Part shown: positions 53,313-64,000 of the stretch, piece by piece | Position numbering within the stretch: position 1 is the stretch's first letter | How the letters are laid out: every line of letters begins with the position of its first letter | Assembly (NCBI GenBank): GCA_964016885.1 | Contig: OZ024740.1 | Location: forward strand, 64,046,001 to 64,110,000 | DNA from: Eledone cirrhosa | Lineage: Eukaryota | Length of the DNA: 64,000 bases | Direction of reading: 5' to 3' | Translations under genes and position numbers: made by a program | Notes under the pieces: generated by a model | The model's database searches: none | What the model saw: the letters and a program-made list of their open reading frames with translations, nothing else | What the model was told of the DNA's origin: nothing

Positions 53313-53984
53313 TTGTTGCTGCTGTTAGTGTTTAAAAGTATCACAATATGATGGCTTATCTTGTTGAGTGTGTTGATTTCAACATTTTTATGAGAGGATA
53401 CCGGAGTGATTTTTCCGTAGTCAACTTAAGATAGGAATTGAGTTAAAGAGTATGAATGTTTTGTTTAGTATTCAGTTCTTCATTTTAAATAAACTGGGTA
53501 TATATAAATATGCGCACGTACCATTGACAGAGCTCAGTAGGGGTCACTAAATATGAAGTAGACCTGTCGCTTGGACGTCTGTTATTGTATTGATATATAT
53601 CTAAATATGAATATGTATGTCGCATATTTGTCGTCACTTCTACATTTAAATTAATTGTGAAACATCGGCTGACATTGCGATCACAGTTTCTATGCTTTAT
53701 GATATAATATATCGACAAGAATTCTCCGAAAATAACCTTTGAATATGAAAGAAAAGACCAATAAATTTGTTTTCGTCAAAAGCAGTTTCCATTTTTGCTT
53801 CTTCATCATTTGCATACTCAAGCATTTTTTAAAACTCCAGTTCTGAATATTAACATTTTTCTTTTGAACTGTTTTGCAAATAGTGGTTGATCGATTTGTT
53901 TCCACGAGACTGAATCTCGAGGCAAACTTGAGAACTGACATTCTTTTTGTTGCTGCAATCTCGGCTTTATAAGAGAATGATGCG

Positions 53985-54032
<48 letters not shown>

Positions 54033-54133
54033 CATTAAATCGACTCCAGTGCATTACTGGTACTTTATCTTATCGACCCCGTAAGGATGAAAGGCAAAGC
54101 TAACCTCGGCGGGATTTGAACTTAGAACGTAAA
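53985..54133 (-). mobile_element. Partial SINE next to (TAC)n
   Basis: SINE core at 54035-54130; (TAC)n at 53985-54031. Confidence 0.75.
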
Positions 54134-54334
54134 GTACCATTACTCTATAGGAACTGCCCATATACTAAGGAAGATTCTGTCAATATAAGTACATCACAAG
54201 TCTAAACACCTAAAGATGCATGTGTGTGTATGTATGTTCTTTCTTGAACATGGCGGACCTTGTCTCTTGAGGTCACTGATTGTGACTTGGTGATAACTCG
54301 TATGAACATAAAGCAAGATAAATGCAAGTGTAAT

Positions 54335-54522
54335 AATTGTTTCTACTTTAGGCACAAGGCCAGCAATTACCCAGTGCATTACTGGTACTTTATTTTATCG
54401 ACCCCGTAAGGATGAAAGGCAAAGTCAACCTCGGCGGGATTTGAACTCAGATCGTAAAGGGACGTAACTATGCTGGAAAGCATGGCGTCTGACCCTCCAC
54501 CGATACTGCCAATCCACCGCCC
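54335..54522 (-). mobile_element. Full-length tRNA-SINE
   Basis: Near-identical to 52179-52372. Confidence 0.92.
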
Positions 54523-55419
54523 TGTAACTGTAATAATAATGATAATAATAATAATAGGAGTAGTAGCAGTAGTGATACCATCCACAGTTGTAGTGGTATT
54601 AATATTAGCATAATAATACGGAACAACAATCGAAAATAATTTGCATATTTGTCGTCCTTTCACATTTGATTCTCTCAATTGCACATTTCTGTATTCTTTT
54701 ATCTCTCTCACGTTCACCACTCCTATCATCTTCATTTAATCTCTTTCATATTTCTCTCTTCTATACATGTCATGGAGCCCTGGTTCCTCTGAACTTTAAA
54801 CGAATGAAAAATAGACTAATTAGCAATGCAGGCATAACTATGTGTCAGCGAGGAAGACAACAGTAGTACAGATATTTTTTTACTTTACGGTTCGTTCCAG
54901 CCTTTAGACGGCAGCCATGCTTGGGCGCCATTTTCAAAGGATTTAGTCATTCATCCTAGTACATATTTTTAAAAGTTTGGTATTTATTTTATTTGTCGAA
55001 CCACTAAATTGCAGGACATACACAAGCAGTAAACATAAACACAGTCACAAATACACATGTACAAACACACGCGTGCACACACACACACACACACATTCAC
55101 ACACACACACACACGCACGCCCACACACCCACACCCACACCCACACACACGCACACACACACGCACACACACACACGCACACACACGTACACACCACCCC
55201 CTCTCACACACGCGCACACATTTGTTTTCTTTAAACATTATTAGTTTAAGCCTTTCAATGCCTTTCAACGTGTTAAATGTACTCCGATTATTTAATTCTA
55301 ATTTAGATCATAATAGAGTTGAGAATGTGACATCGAAGAAATTTAAGTCCCATGTCGGCATACATAGGTGAATAGGAAATATTATCAAATGTAAAATTAA
55401 AATGTTGTCGTGCTGCCGA

Positions 55420-55730
55420 GGTGGGGATGTTGTTGGACCTCCGTCGAATCTGATGACCAGGCTCCAGTTGATTTAACCAACGGAACTGTGAACTCGTGAA
55501 AGTAACCGAACATTCTACAGACACGTGCAACCTTAACATAGTACTTAGGGTGATTGAGTACGACACAATACGTGACAAAGCGAGCTCCTTGAATTAAAAA
55601 TACAACTCATTTTTGCCAGTGAAATGAAGTGTTGTACTTATTGACAAAATACGTCAACCGGTCCGGGAACCGAACTTAAGTCCCTGCGAAGCGTGAGCCA
55701 AACACACTTAACCACTAAGCCACGCACCTT
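55420..55730 (-). mobile_element. Second tRNA-derived SINE family, decayed
   Basis: Minus-strand head ggtgcgtggcttagtggttaag (A box) ... agttcggttcccgg (B box-like). Confidence 0.55.
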
Positions 55731-56564
55731 TACTATGCCAGGGGATACTACATAACATTTTAAAGTATCTGTCTAAATATATGTCAATGGAGTTGGACAA
55801 AGTCAACATTTATTTATCCAGAGTTACATGTACAGCTGTGATCAATAGGTTTTATTTATTATAGAATTTAGGGAAGGAGACAACTCACCTATTAAACATA
55901 AGAGGCAGACATCGAAGGCTCTGTCAGATTACGATGCCTTTCTAGTCATAAGGATTTACCACCAAAGCAGGAAAAGTGTGATGCATAATACTTTTACGAT
56001 AAAATGAACCCAACTTTGCCATATTGTTGCTTGTTATACCACATACCAATATTTCAGACATTTCAAATATGAAATTAAAAAGGAAAATACACAAATATAA
56101 TAAAATAAAAGCAAATAAGGTGAAAGTGAAACTCTTAGTAGTAAGAAAGTTTTGCTGTCTCAGACAGATGACATGTTCTCGAAACGTGAGATCATAACTT
56201 GAATGCCTTTATGACACCTTTTAAAGATCGTAGCTGAAAAAGGGAGATAAACTAAATATGCCTTGAGCCTGTTTTAAATATTAACTGTAATACATCTGAA
56301 GTGTGTTTATGTGTGTATAGTTTGGATGAATATTCACCTGGTCAGCTTATTCAATGCCTAAACGTGTGTGTATTTATACAATAAGGATTTGTATTCTTGG
56401 CTTTCTCATTCTAGTTAATCTATATGATATCTCAGTCTTATGGTCTTGCTTGCACATGTTTATAACTATAACAGTGTTTAAATATACATGAATCTAAGTG
56501 TTTTCGTATATGTATATGCTTATAAATGTGTGTGTGTATATTGTGTGTGTATGTGTGTTTGTGC

Positions 56565-56624
<60 letters not shown>

Positions 56625-56643
56625 TATATATGAATACATACAT

Positions 56644-56678
<35 letters not shown>

Positions 56679-57574
56679 AATGTATATATATTCAGTAATT
56701 AGGAATATTCCAAAGCTTGGTAGCTTTAAATGTATATATATATATATATTATATACGTAGTATAATATGAATGTATGTGTATGAGTCTGTGCATGCGTGC
56801 ACATATACAGACAAATAGACACACACAGACACACAGACAGACACACACACATATATGTATCTGTGTGTATGTGTGTGTGTGTTTGACTATACGTGTCGCT
56901 GACTCACTATCGGCTTATCTGTGTGAATGATTTAGTGTGTAGCGGAATAAATTCATTCTGTGAAACTGAGAGCGTCGGTGACGAAATAAATGAAAGAAAA
57001 GAGAGGACAACGCTGAGATGTCTGCAGAGATAATTGGCTTTTGCATTCAACTGTTCAGCTGATCACAGAGAAGTTAACCCCCACAGAGACAGAGAAACCA
57101 CAAAATCTGAACCGCATTTATCCATAAAGCAAATATATGACTAAGAGAATCAACAAAAGCAAAAGCAATAATAGTGATAACACCGCCACGAACAACAACA
57201 ACAAGAATAATAAAACAACAACAACAATAACAATAACACTGATAATAATAAAATAACATTAATCATGATAGTAATATTAAGAAGAAGAACAATAACACCA
57301 GCAATAAACTGCAGGAACTGAAATCAAAGAAGCTAAAACAGACACCGAAATAAACATTTATTCAACAAATAGACTGTTTTTTGTTTAGATATAGAATTTT
57401 GACCATGCACAAAGTCAAACAATCCTATAAATATATTTTCTATCAAATACACCATGTTACCAAACATGTCAATTTTGTGTAAATGGGGAGGGACAGATAG
57501 ATAGATAGAGAGAGAAAGAAGGAGAGAGAGAGAGAGAGAGTGAGAGAGTGAGAGAAAGAGAGATAGATAGATAA

Positions 57575-57878
57575 ATTTCTTTATTAGCCACAAGGGCACA
57601 AAAGAAGGGGACAAATACAAATGGGGAGTTTACATAGAGGTATATGAAAATAAAACTATTAATAAAATAACAAATAACAATTGAAATCCCCAATAGGGGG
57701 GGGGGGGGGGGGCGTTACACAGGGGTTGTACACACCCCGAAAAAATGTACAACCCTCAGCTCCAGGAGCACCAAGAGTGAGTGCTCCCTTCCTCTCTTCC
57801 TCTTTTTCCTCAACCTACAGGCTTATATAGAGAGAAGGTCCAACCACTCGGGCCATCTTTGCCACATTCACCCACCTA
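57575..57878 (-). mobile_element. 3' fragment of a related Tx1-like LINE
   Basis: Homologous to 57921-58200 (tttctttatt, gggacaaatacaaa, gagtttaca, cacaccccgaaaa, ggagcac..tgctccc); abuts (GATA)n. Confidence 0.8.
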
Positions 57879-57888
57879 AGAAAGAGAG

Positions 57889-57919
<31 letters not shown>

Positions 57920-58136
57920 GATTTCTTTATTTACCATAAAGGCATAAAAAGAAGGGACAAATACAAAGGGGGAGTTTACATATAATCGAGTAAAAAGGGT
58001 GTAACATGAAAATAATCGAAAATAACCTCAAAAGGGAGGGGACGTGATGGGGGTTGCACACACCCCCGAAAAAGTGTGCAATCCTTTGCCCGGGGAGCAC
58101 ATGGAGAAGGTGCTCCCCTCTCCTTTACTTCTTTAC

Positions 58137-61100
58137 CTACAGGATGGTATACAGAGAAGGCCCATTTACACGAGCCATTCTCGCCACTATCACCCACCTT
58201 TCATAAAACTGCCTGTGGCCAAGCACCTCTCTCTCCATTCTTATCCTTCTTCCGAAGTGATATCGGAAGAAGTAGACCAGACTATGGCCAGAGAGGAAGT
58301 TGCCTGACCTCAGACCTTTCAATCGTGTCCACCAAACAACCTCTTTCAACATGGCTATTACGCACAGAAAAACCGCCTTTGCTTCCTTTGTGAAGAGGGG
58401 AGGCGGTTTGATTGTCATCACGGACTCGGCGGTCAATTTAATCGGCGCCACCCGCGACAGCAGTCGTTCGGCGTAGCCCCACAGATCAGCCACGCCCGGA
58501 CATTGCACCAATGCGTGCGCAACGGTTTCTTCGTGACGCACGCATCTAGGGCAAATCTTTTTTGAGGGATCCCTGCCCGGGCGCCCGTGTCTGTAGAGCC
58601 TCTCTCGAACGGGTAGAGCCCCCCGGTAGCACTGCCAGGCCAGTGACTTCTGGAAGTTGTCCATTGGTCCTGGGCCGAAAGTCCTACCGAACAGGCTGGC
58701 CAGTTCGTCTTCTTCCATGTCCAGCGACTCTCCAAGGGTGTCATCGCCCCTGCTAGCCACCAGCCCTCTATAGAATGATGAGGTGGATTCTCCACCGATG
58801 GCCTGGCCCGCTTGCCAGAGAGCCCTGAGCGCCTGAGCACACTCAGTGTGCCAGTCTCCCAGTTTTCCGGATCTTTGCTTGACCCAGGACTGTAGCTCGG
58901 TGAGCGAGACGAGTCTCGGAAAGGCTCGTTTCACGAACGGAGCCCACACCGGTTGACCAGTGAGGAATACCTGTAGGTGCCGTAGCCTTAATGCGTGCCT
59001 ACGCATCATCAACCACGGCATCCCCAGCCCTCCTTTCGAAGGTTGTTGGCAGCAGATGGATCTTCTTACCATAGGAGGACGCTTCTTCCAAAGAAATTGG
59101 AAGAGCATGCGTTCCATGGTGGTGAGTGTTTCCTTAGGGCAAGGCACGACAGTCAGGCGGTAGTAAGTGACGGACGCTATGTAAATGTTCGCCACCTCCG
59201 CCCGGCCTTTTAGGGACAGCTTACACTTGGCCCATTTCTGGGTTAGTGCAAACACCTTGTTCGTAACCTCGTTCCAGTTCTTTTCCACCTGGAGGTCCGG
59301 TCCAAACCAGACCCCAAGAAACTTTACCGGGCCCTCCGTCCAGTGTCCGACGACACCGTCAGGAGGCATCGGTCTGCCTCTCCACGTTCCGAGTTGCAGC
59401 CCGATGGATTTTTCCCGGTTCAGTTTCGCTCCTGACAACCTTTCGTACTCCTCCAGTAAGGTACCGATCGCCTCGATCTCCGATCGGTTGATACCATTAC
59501 TGTTACGTCATCGGCGTAGGCCGACACCGCTTTGCTCAATCCTGGTTCCAGGGGGATATCCTGCAACAACTCCAACTTCCTCAGTAAAGGGTCGAGAGTC
59601 AATACGTACAGAAGGGAGGAGAGATGGCACCCCTGTCGAATGGATCGTGTGATTTCGAACGGCTTCGAAAGGTAGCCGTTCACCTTGATCCTAGAACAGA
59701 TGTGGTTGCTATGTAGGGCAGTGATCCAGCCTCTGAAAACAGGACCGAACCCAGCCGCCGCTAGCTCCGCATCCAGGTAACCATGGTCGACTCTATCGAA
59801 GGCCTTAGACTGATCTAAGTTGATCAGGGCCCCACCGAAGCCGGGTTTGTTGCCAACCCTCTCTATGATGTATCGCATGAGGTGAAGGTTATCGTGAATG
59901 GACCTGGATGGGATAGCACATGTCTGCGCATCTCCCACCAGGCCACCCACGACAAGCGCCAACCTCTTTGCTAACACCTTGGCCAACATCTTTAACTCTG
60001 TGTTTAGCAGGGTTATGGGCCGAAAATTATTTATACTATCCCCCTTGTTCTCGTCCTTCCTCACCAGCGTGACTACGCCCTTGGCTACAGAACAAGGAAT
60101 TCTCCCGTTCTGCTGCCAATTGCAGTAGACCGCTTCGAGAAGTTCAGAGAAGAAGACCGGCATTGCTAAATAAAGTTCGTAAGGTATACCATCGAGACCT
60201 GGAGATTTGCGTCTGCTGCATTGGCTCAGCGCATCTCCGATCTCATCATCCGAGATTGGTCCCTCGCAGGACTCTGCCTCTTCGTTCGAGAGACGCGGCA
60301 GGCCGTCGAGGTATGGACCGAATACCACGCCCCCGCCCGGACCCCCGCCTCCCCCGAACAATCGGGCAAAGTGCCTTTGAAAGGCCTCGCACATCTGCTT
60401 AGGCTCCCGGATCACCCGTCCATCTTCGTCTTGCAACGACCGGATGGTGGATCGATTTCCACTCTTAGCTTCTGTCACGCGGGCCCATCCAACGGCTTTG
60501 GCCCCCTCATTACCTAGAGCACGTACTTTACTTCGAATGACGCAGCCTTCGTGCTTTGCATCGAAAAACTGGTTCAAGCCCGTCCTCGATGCCAGCACAC
60601 TGGCCACATTTTCGCTCTTGATTGCCTCTTCTAATTTACCTGTTAATTCTTTCTCGTTTCTATTCCTATCGGCAGCTAACATCTTGCTATAACTTATTGA
60701 TTCTGTTCTAATTTCTCTTTTGAGAGATGCCCACCATCGGTTGTTGACGATTGCACCCGTCAACCTCTCCTTAACTAATCTGCTAATCCGGTTTCTGTAA
60801 GTCTCTTTTGCCGGTAAAGACAAATTAAGTTTCCAGTAACCGGGACCTTGTCTATGTGTTTTCTCGAGATTGACCACGCAGGTCACTAATTTGTGATCCG
60901 TGTAGCCAACCGTGCGCATTTCTGGACAGCTTAATATGTCCCTATCCTTACTTCTAACTAAGAATCTATCTAAGTACGATATAGATTGACCACTGTGGTT
61001 TCTCCAAGTCCAGGTAGGCACAGTTGGAAAATCTAGTCGATATCTATCGACCAAGTTAAAACGGTCGAGTAACCCCTTGAGGCTGTTACACCCCCCTCTA

Positions 61101-61573
61101 TTAGGACATGCTCCTGCATAGTCCCAACGTGCATCCAGGATGTCATTCCAATCCCCTGCTAGAAGCAGGGAACGCGACGTTCCCAGAAAAGTCTCCAAAC
61201 GCTGGAAGAAGTCGGGCCGTTCAGCTCCGAAAGGGGAGTAGACGGCGACCAGTCTCAAGGCCGCACTTTCACTACTGCCAACGTCTAGCACCAACAAACG
61301 ACCCTCCGGGTCCGAGTGCACAACCTGTACGGCAAGACCCAGGTGTTTTTGCAGCAGTACGACAACCCCACCCCCACCTCCAGGTTGACAGAGAGATGCA
61401 TGCACCTCAAAGTCATCGAAGGTGGGGGCCAGCTGCCGCACGACGCTGATTCGAGTCTCACAGATAACCATTACATTTATACTACATGACCTGAGGTCAT
61501 TTAGAAGTTTTGCTTGCTTCCAAGTTGAGCCCAGGCCACGTGCATTCAAACATCCTACTCTTAACACATCCAT
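58137..61573 (-). pseudogene. Tx1 ORF2: APE + RT + C-terminal zinc finger, one frameshift near 59490
   Basis: CLNARGL, ICET, VYSP, AGDWND, LDRFLV, TDHK, GPGYWKLN, KSPGLDG, RPITLLN, LDQSKAFDRV, RQGC, AYADD; second frame GGLGMP, CPRC..ETVAHALVQC. Confidence 0.92.
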
Positions 61574-63330
61574 GTGGGCGGCAGAGCCAAAGGAGAGTGT
61601 AGAGACCTACCTTTCCGCTTCCCGGGGTTCGGGTTGCACGACTTCCATGGGGTCGGGGGTGTTGGGTGAAGGGGTGTATTGTGGTGTGTGGGGTCGTCAG
61701 TGTGTGGTGGGGTTGGGGTGTTTGGAGTTGTGTTGGGGAGGGGAAGGGGAGGGGGAAAGCTTTTTAGTAGGACGCGGTTTATGGGTTTGACAGAGGGTGG
61801 TCCTACGTCCTCCTTAAAATCCTTTTTTAGTTTTTGGTAGAGGTTCATTGGGATCTTTATTAGTTTTAAATGTGGGTAGTTTTCTGACGAAACAAAGTTT
61901 ACACCTTCGGTTTGTACCGAAGGATTATTGTATATGAGCTCATTTAATTTATTATTGTTTCTGTTGATGTAAGTATAGTGTAATGTCTTTTTTTCCGATG
62001 GTGTGAGTATTTCGAAGAGGGGAGGGGCAGGTTTGGTTTTGTTTGTTGCTGGAGGGGTGTTTTCTGTTTTGTTGGATTGTGTTGAGATTTGGGTGGGGGT
62101 TGTTTGTCCTTGTGTGTTTTGTACATGTTTTCTTTTTTTCCTTTTAATCTGTCTGAAGGACTCCGTTTCTTCCTCCGAATTCGTTGGGTTATCTTCAGTG
62201 TTGGAGGGAAGAGGTATGTTTGCTGGTAATGTTTCCGTGTTGGTTTTCTTTGTGGGGGAGATGGATGTCACTATGTTAGACTGTGTTGTGTGTTGTGTCT
62301 GCGGTGGTTGTGTTGTTTTATTGAGTGAGAGGTTGGGTGGGCCTGTATTTTGTTTTGGGGTAATGTGTTGTGACTGTTTGTGTTGTGGTGGTGTTGTGGT
62401 TTTACTGAGGGACGGGTTGGGTGGGACTGAGTTTTGTTGTTTGTTTATCTGTTGTGGTGGTGGTGGTGGAGCTGGTGTTGGTAGCAGGGTTTTCTTTTTG
62501 TTGAGTTGGGGACAAGCGGCCTTCAGGTGCCCTCTGCCTGCACATATATGGCAGGACAGCCTTCTCCCCTCCACGCTAATGTTTATATACCCGTGGTCCT
62601 CTAATAGGATTCTGTCGGGTATTTGGGCGATGCGTTCAGGCTTCATTTGTACTACCAGCTTTATACCTGTTCCACTGAACGCATTGCCTGTGGTTTTCCC
62701 AATGGAAATCACGTTGTCATTCACTGGATCGATGAAGCCAGCTATGAGCCAGCAGTAGTCCACATCTGGCATCATTGCATCCAGCCATATGCGTTGAGTT
62801 CTTTTCCCCATATAAGATGGATAAAAGGTGAAATTTTTCGAACGAATCGGTGACAAAGCACATTTTTTTGCCGCCGATTCGTTCTTCATGATAATTGCTA
62901 GGCTTCCATACAGTCTGTCTTTTCTTATGAAAGTGGTTTCATTAAGTACTTCTGTGAGTACTGTTTTGATATCTGCTTGAGAAGGCTGTTCAGGTTTTTT
63001 TGTACTGTTGTTGATGGTCCGAAACTTGACCGTTCGGCTTTCAATGTCTTTCGTGAATTCTTGAGGCATTTTTACCGATAAAATACCATTCTCTCCTTCA
63101 CTTATGTATTGTTTGGCGTCCGTGATCCTTCGTACCACATCTGAAATGTTTTCCGCTATATAAGTCAAAGATTTCTTTGTTTTCTGTGCAAATGAAATCT
63201 TGTCGTCTGCTTTGTTTTCTGATATGGTGTTATTTTCAACTGTTATTTTTGTGTTTGTTGTGTCTTTGTTTGTGTTATTAGTATTGTCATGCAATTTTTC
63301 AAATTTTTTTTTTTCGTTGTTGGAATCCAA
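61561..63330 (-). CDS. Tx1 ORF1 (gag-like, CCHC zinc knuckle)
   Basis: 589-aa open frame with CHICAGRGHLKAAC and a Pro/Thr/Gln-rich tail; overlaps the ORF2 start by 13 nt. Confidence 0.88.
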   Translation of the reverse strand: MDSNNEKKKFEKLHDNTNNTNKDTTNTKITVENNTISENKADDKISFAQKTKKSLTYIAENISDVVRRITDAKQYISEGENGILSVKMPQEFTKDIESRTVKFRTINNSTKKPEQPSQADIKTVLTEVLNETTFIRKDRLYGSLAIIMKNESAAKKCALSPIRSKNFTFYPSYMGKRTQRIWLDAMMPDVDYCWLIAGFIDPVNDNVISIGKTTGNAFSGTGIKLVVQMKPERIAQIPDRILLEDHGYINISVEGRRLSCHICAGRGHLKAACPQLNKKKTLLPTPAPPPPPQQINKQQNSVPPNPSLSKTTTPPQHKQSQHITPKQNTGPPNLSLNKTTQPPQTQHTTQSNIVTSISPTKKTNTETLPANIPLPSNTEDNPTNSEEETESFRQIKRKKRKHVQNTQGQTTPTQISTQSNKTENTPPATNKTKPAPPLFEILTPSEKKTLHYTYINRNNNKLNELIYNNPSVQTEGVNFVSSENYPHLKLIKIPMNLYQKLKKDFKEDVGPPSVKPINRVLLKSFPPPLPLPNTTPNTPTPPHTDDPTHHNTPLHPTPPTPWKSCNPNPGKRKGRSLHSPLALPPTWMC

Positions 63331-63783
63331 GTCCAGATTTGTGTTTTCGTCATTTAATTTTTTCTCCGCAGATTCGTCTGTTTTTATTTTAATTTTTCCT
63401 TCCTTCTCTATGACGTTAGTTGGGGAAGGAAGGGAGGACTAAAGCGTGCGAGCTTACAACTCTTACCGCTGTCCCCCCACCACTATTTTCGTTCGCTGCG
63501 TTTAACATTTCTGTTAGACGATTGAAATTTTTTACACAAAATTTTTTAAAACAGGTTTTTCACCTCTAGGAGGGGTAAAGATGAGCTGACCCACCGCCTG
63601 ACAGTTCAGACGGAGGGTCAAGCTACACAATTGTATCAAAATTAAGTTTGAACTCACAAAATTTCCTCAATAAATTTGAACAAAACTTCTGTGCGAAGTG
63701 AATGACATCCACACTGTAGAACAGACGACAGCTAGATTAATAGATAAATAGATAGATAGGTAGATAGATAGGTAGATAGATAA

Positions 63784-64000
63784 CTTTCTATTTATTTGCC
63801 ACCAGGGCATCAAAGATTAGGACAAATACAAGAGGGGAGTTTACATACATTTCAAGGGACGTGTAAAAATATATAACAAATCAAATTCAACAATCGAAGT
63901 CCTCAATAGGGAGGGGGCGTTGACATGGGTCGCACCCCCCCCCACGAAAAAATGTGCAACCCTCCTCCCCAGGAGCACAAAGAGCGGGTGCTCCCTTCCT
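63784..64000 (-). mobile_element. 3' end of another Tx1-related element (continues beyond window)
   Basis: Homologous to 57921-58120; abuts (GATA)n. Confidence 0.8.

Larger units (their letters stand above)
57921..63732 (-). mobile_element. Near-complete Tx1/L1-clade LINE flanked by (GATA)n
   Basis: Two-ORF layout, ~400-bp 5' UTR, 3' UTR with AATAAA, GATA repeats at 57886-57921 and 63733-63783. Confidence 0.92.

Noticed and set aside
53560-53985. Possible host exon or decayed gene on the minus strand
   Set aside because: Protein-like composition, but stops in all frames and no recognisable motif or splice support.

Overview
AT-rich eukaryotic (animal) genomic DNA made almost entirely of microsatellites and transposable elements. 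The SINE repertoire and microsatellite load suggest a cephalopod (Octopus-like); that assignment is inference. No intact host gene is evident, and most short ORFs in the track are translated microsatellites or antisense shadows of TE ORFs. The retroelements are: a Penelope-like element (PLE) with an inverted 5' pLTR (9.6-14.2 kb), two further PLE relics, two R4/Dong-type RT+RLE LINE families (two near-full-length copies sitting in TAA repeats), an RTE LINE, a near-complete Tx1/L1-clade LINE in (GATA)n, and many tRNA-derived SINEs. Also present are hAT and mariner relics and a broken intronless ubiquitin-specific-protease (C19) ORF at the left edge. The most notable signal, read by eye, is about a dozen minimal type-I hammerhead-ribozyme motifs from about 7 sequence families. 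Most lie in short non-coding elements inserted in (TA)n, often with an inverted 5' copy. One forms a head-to-tail ~431-bp retrozyme-like dimer, and two have non-canonical catalytic cores. Coordinates were counted by hand and TE boundaries are approximate.
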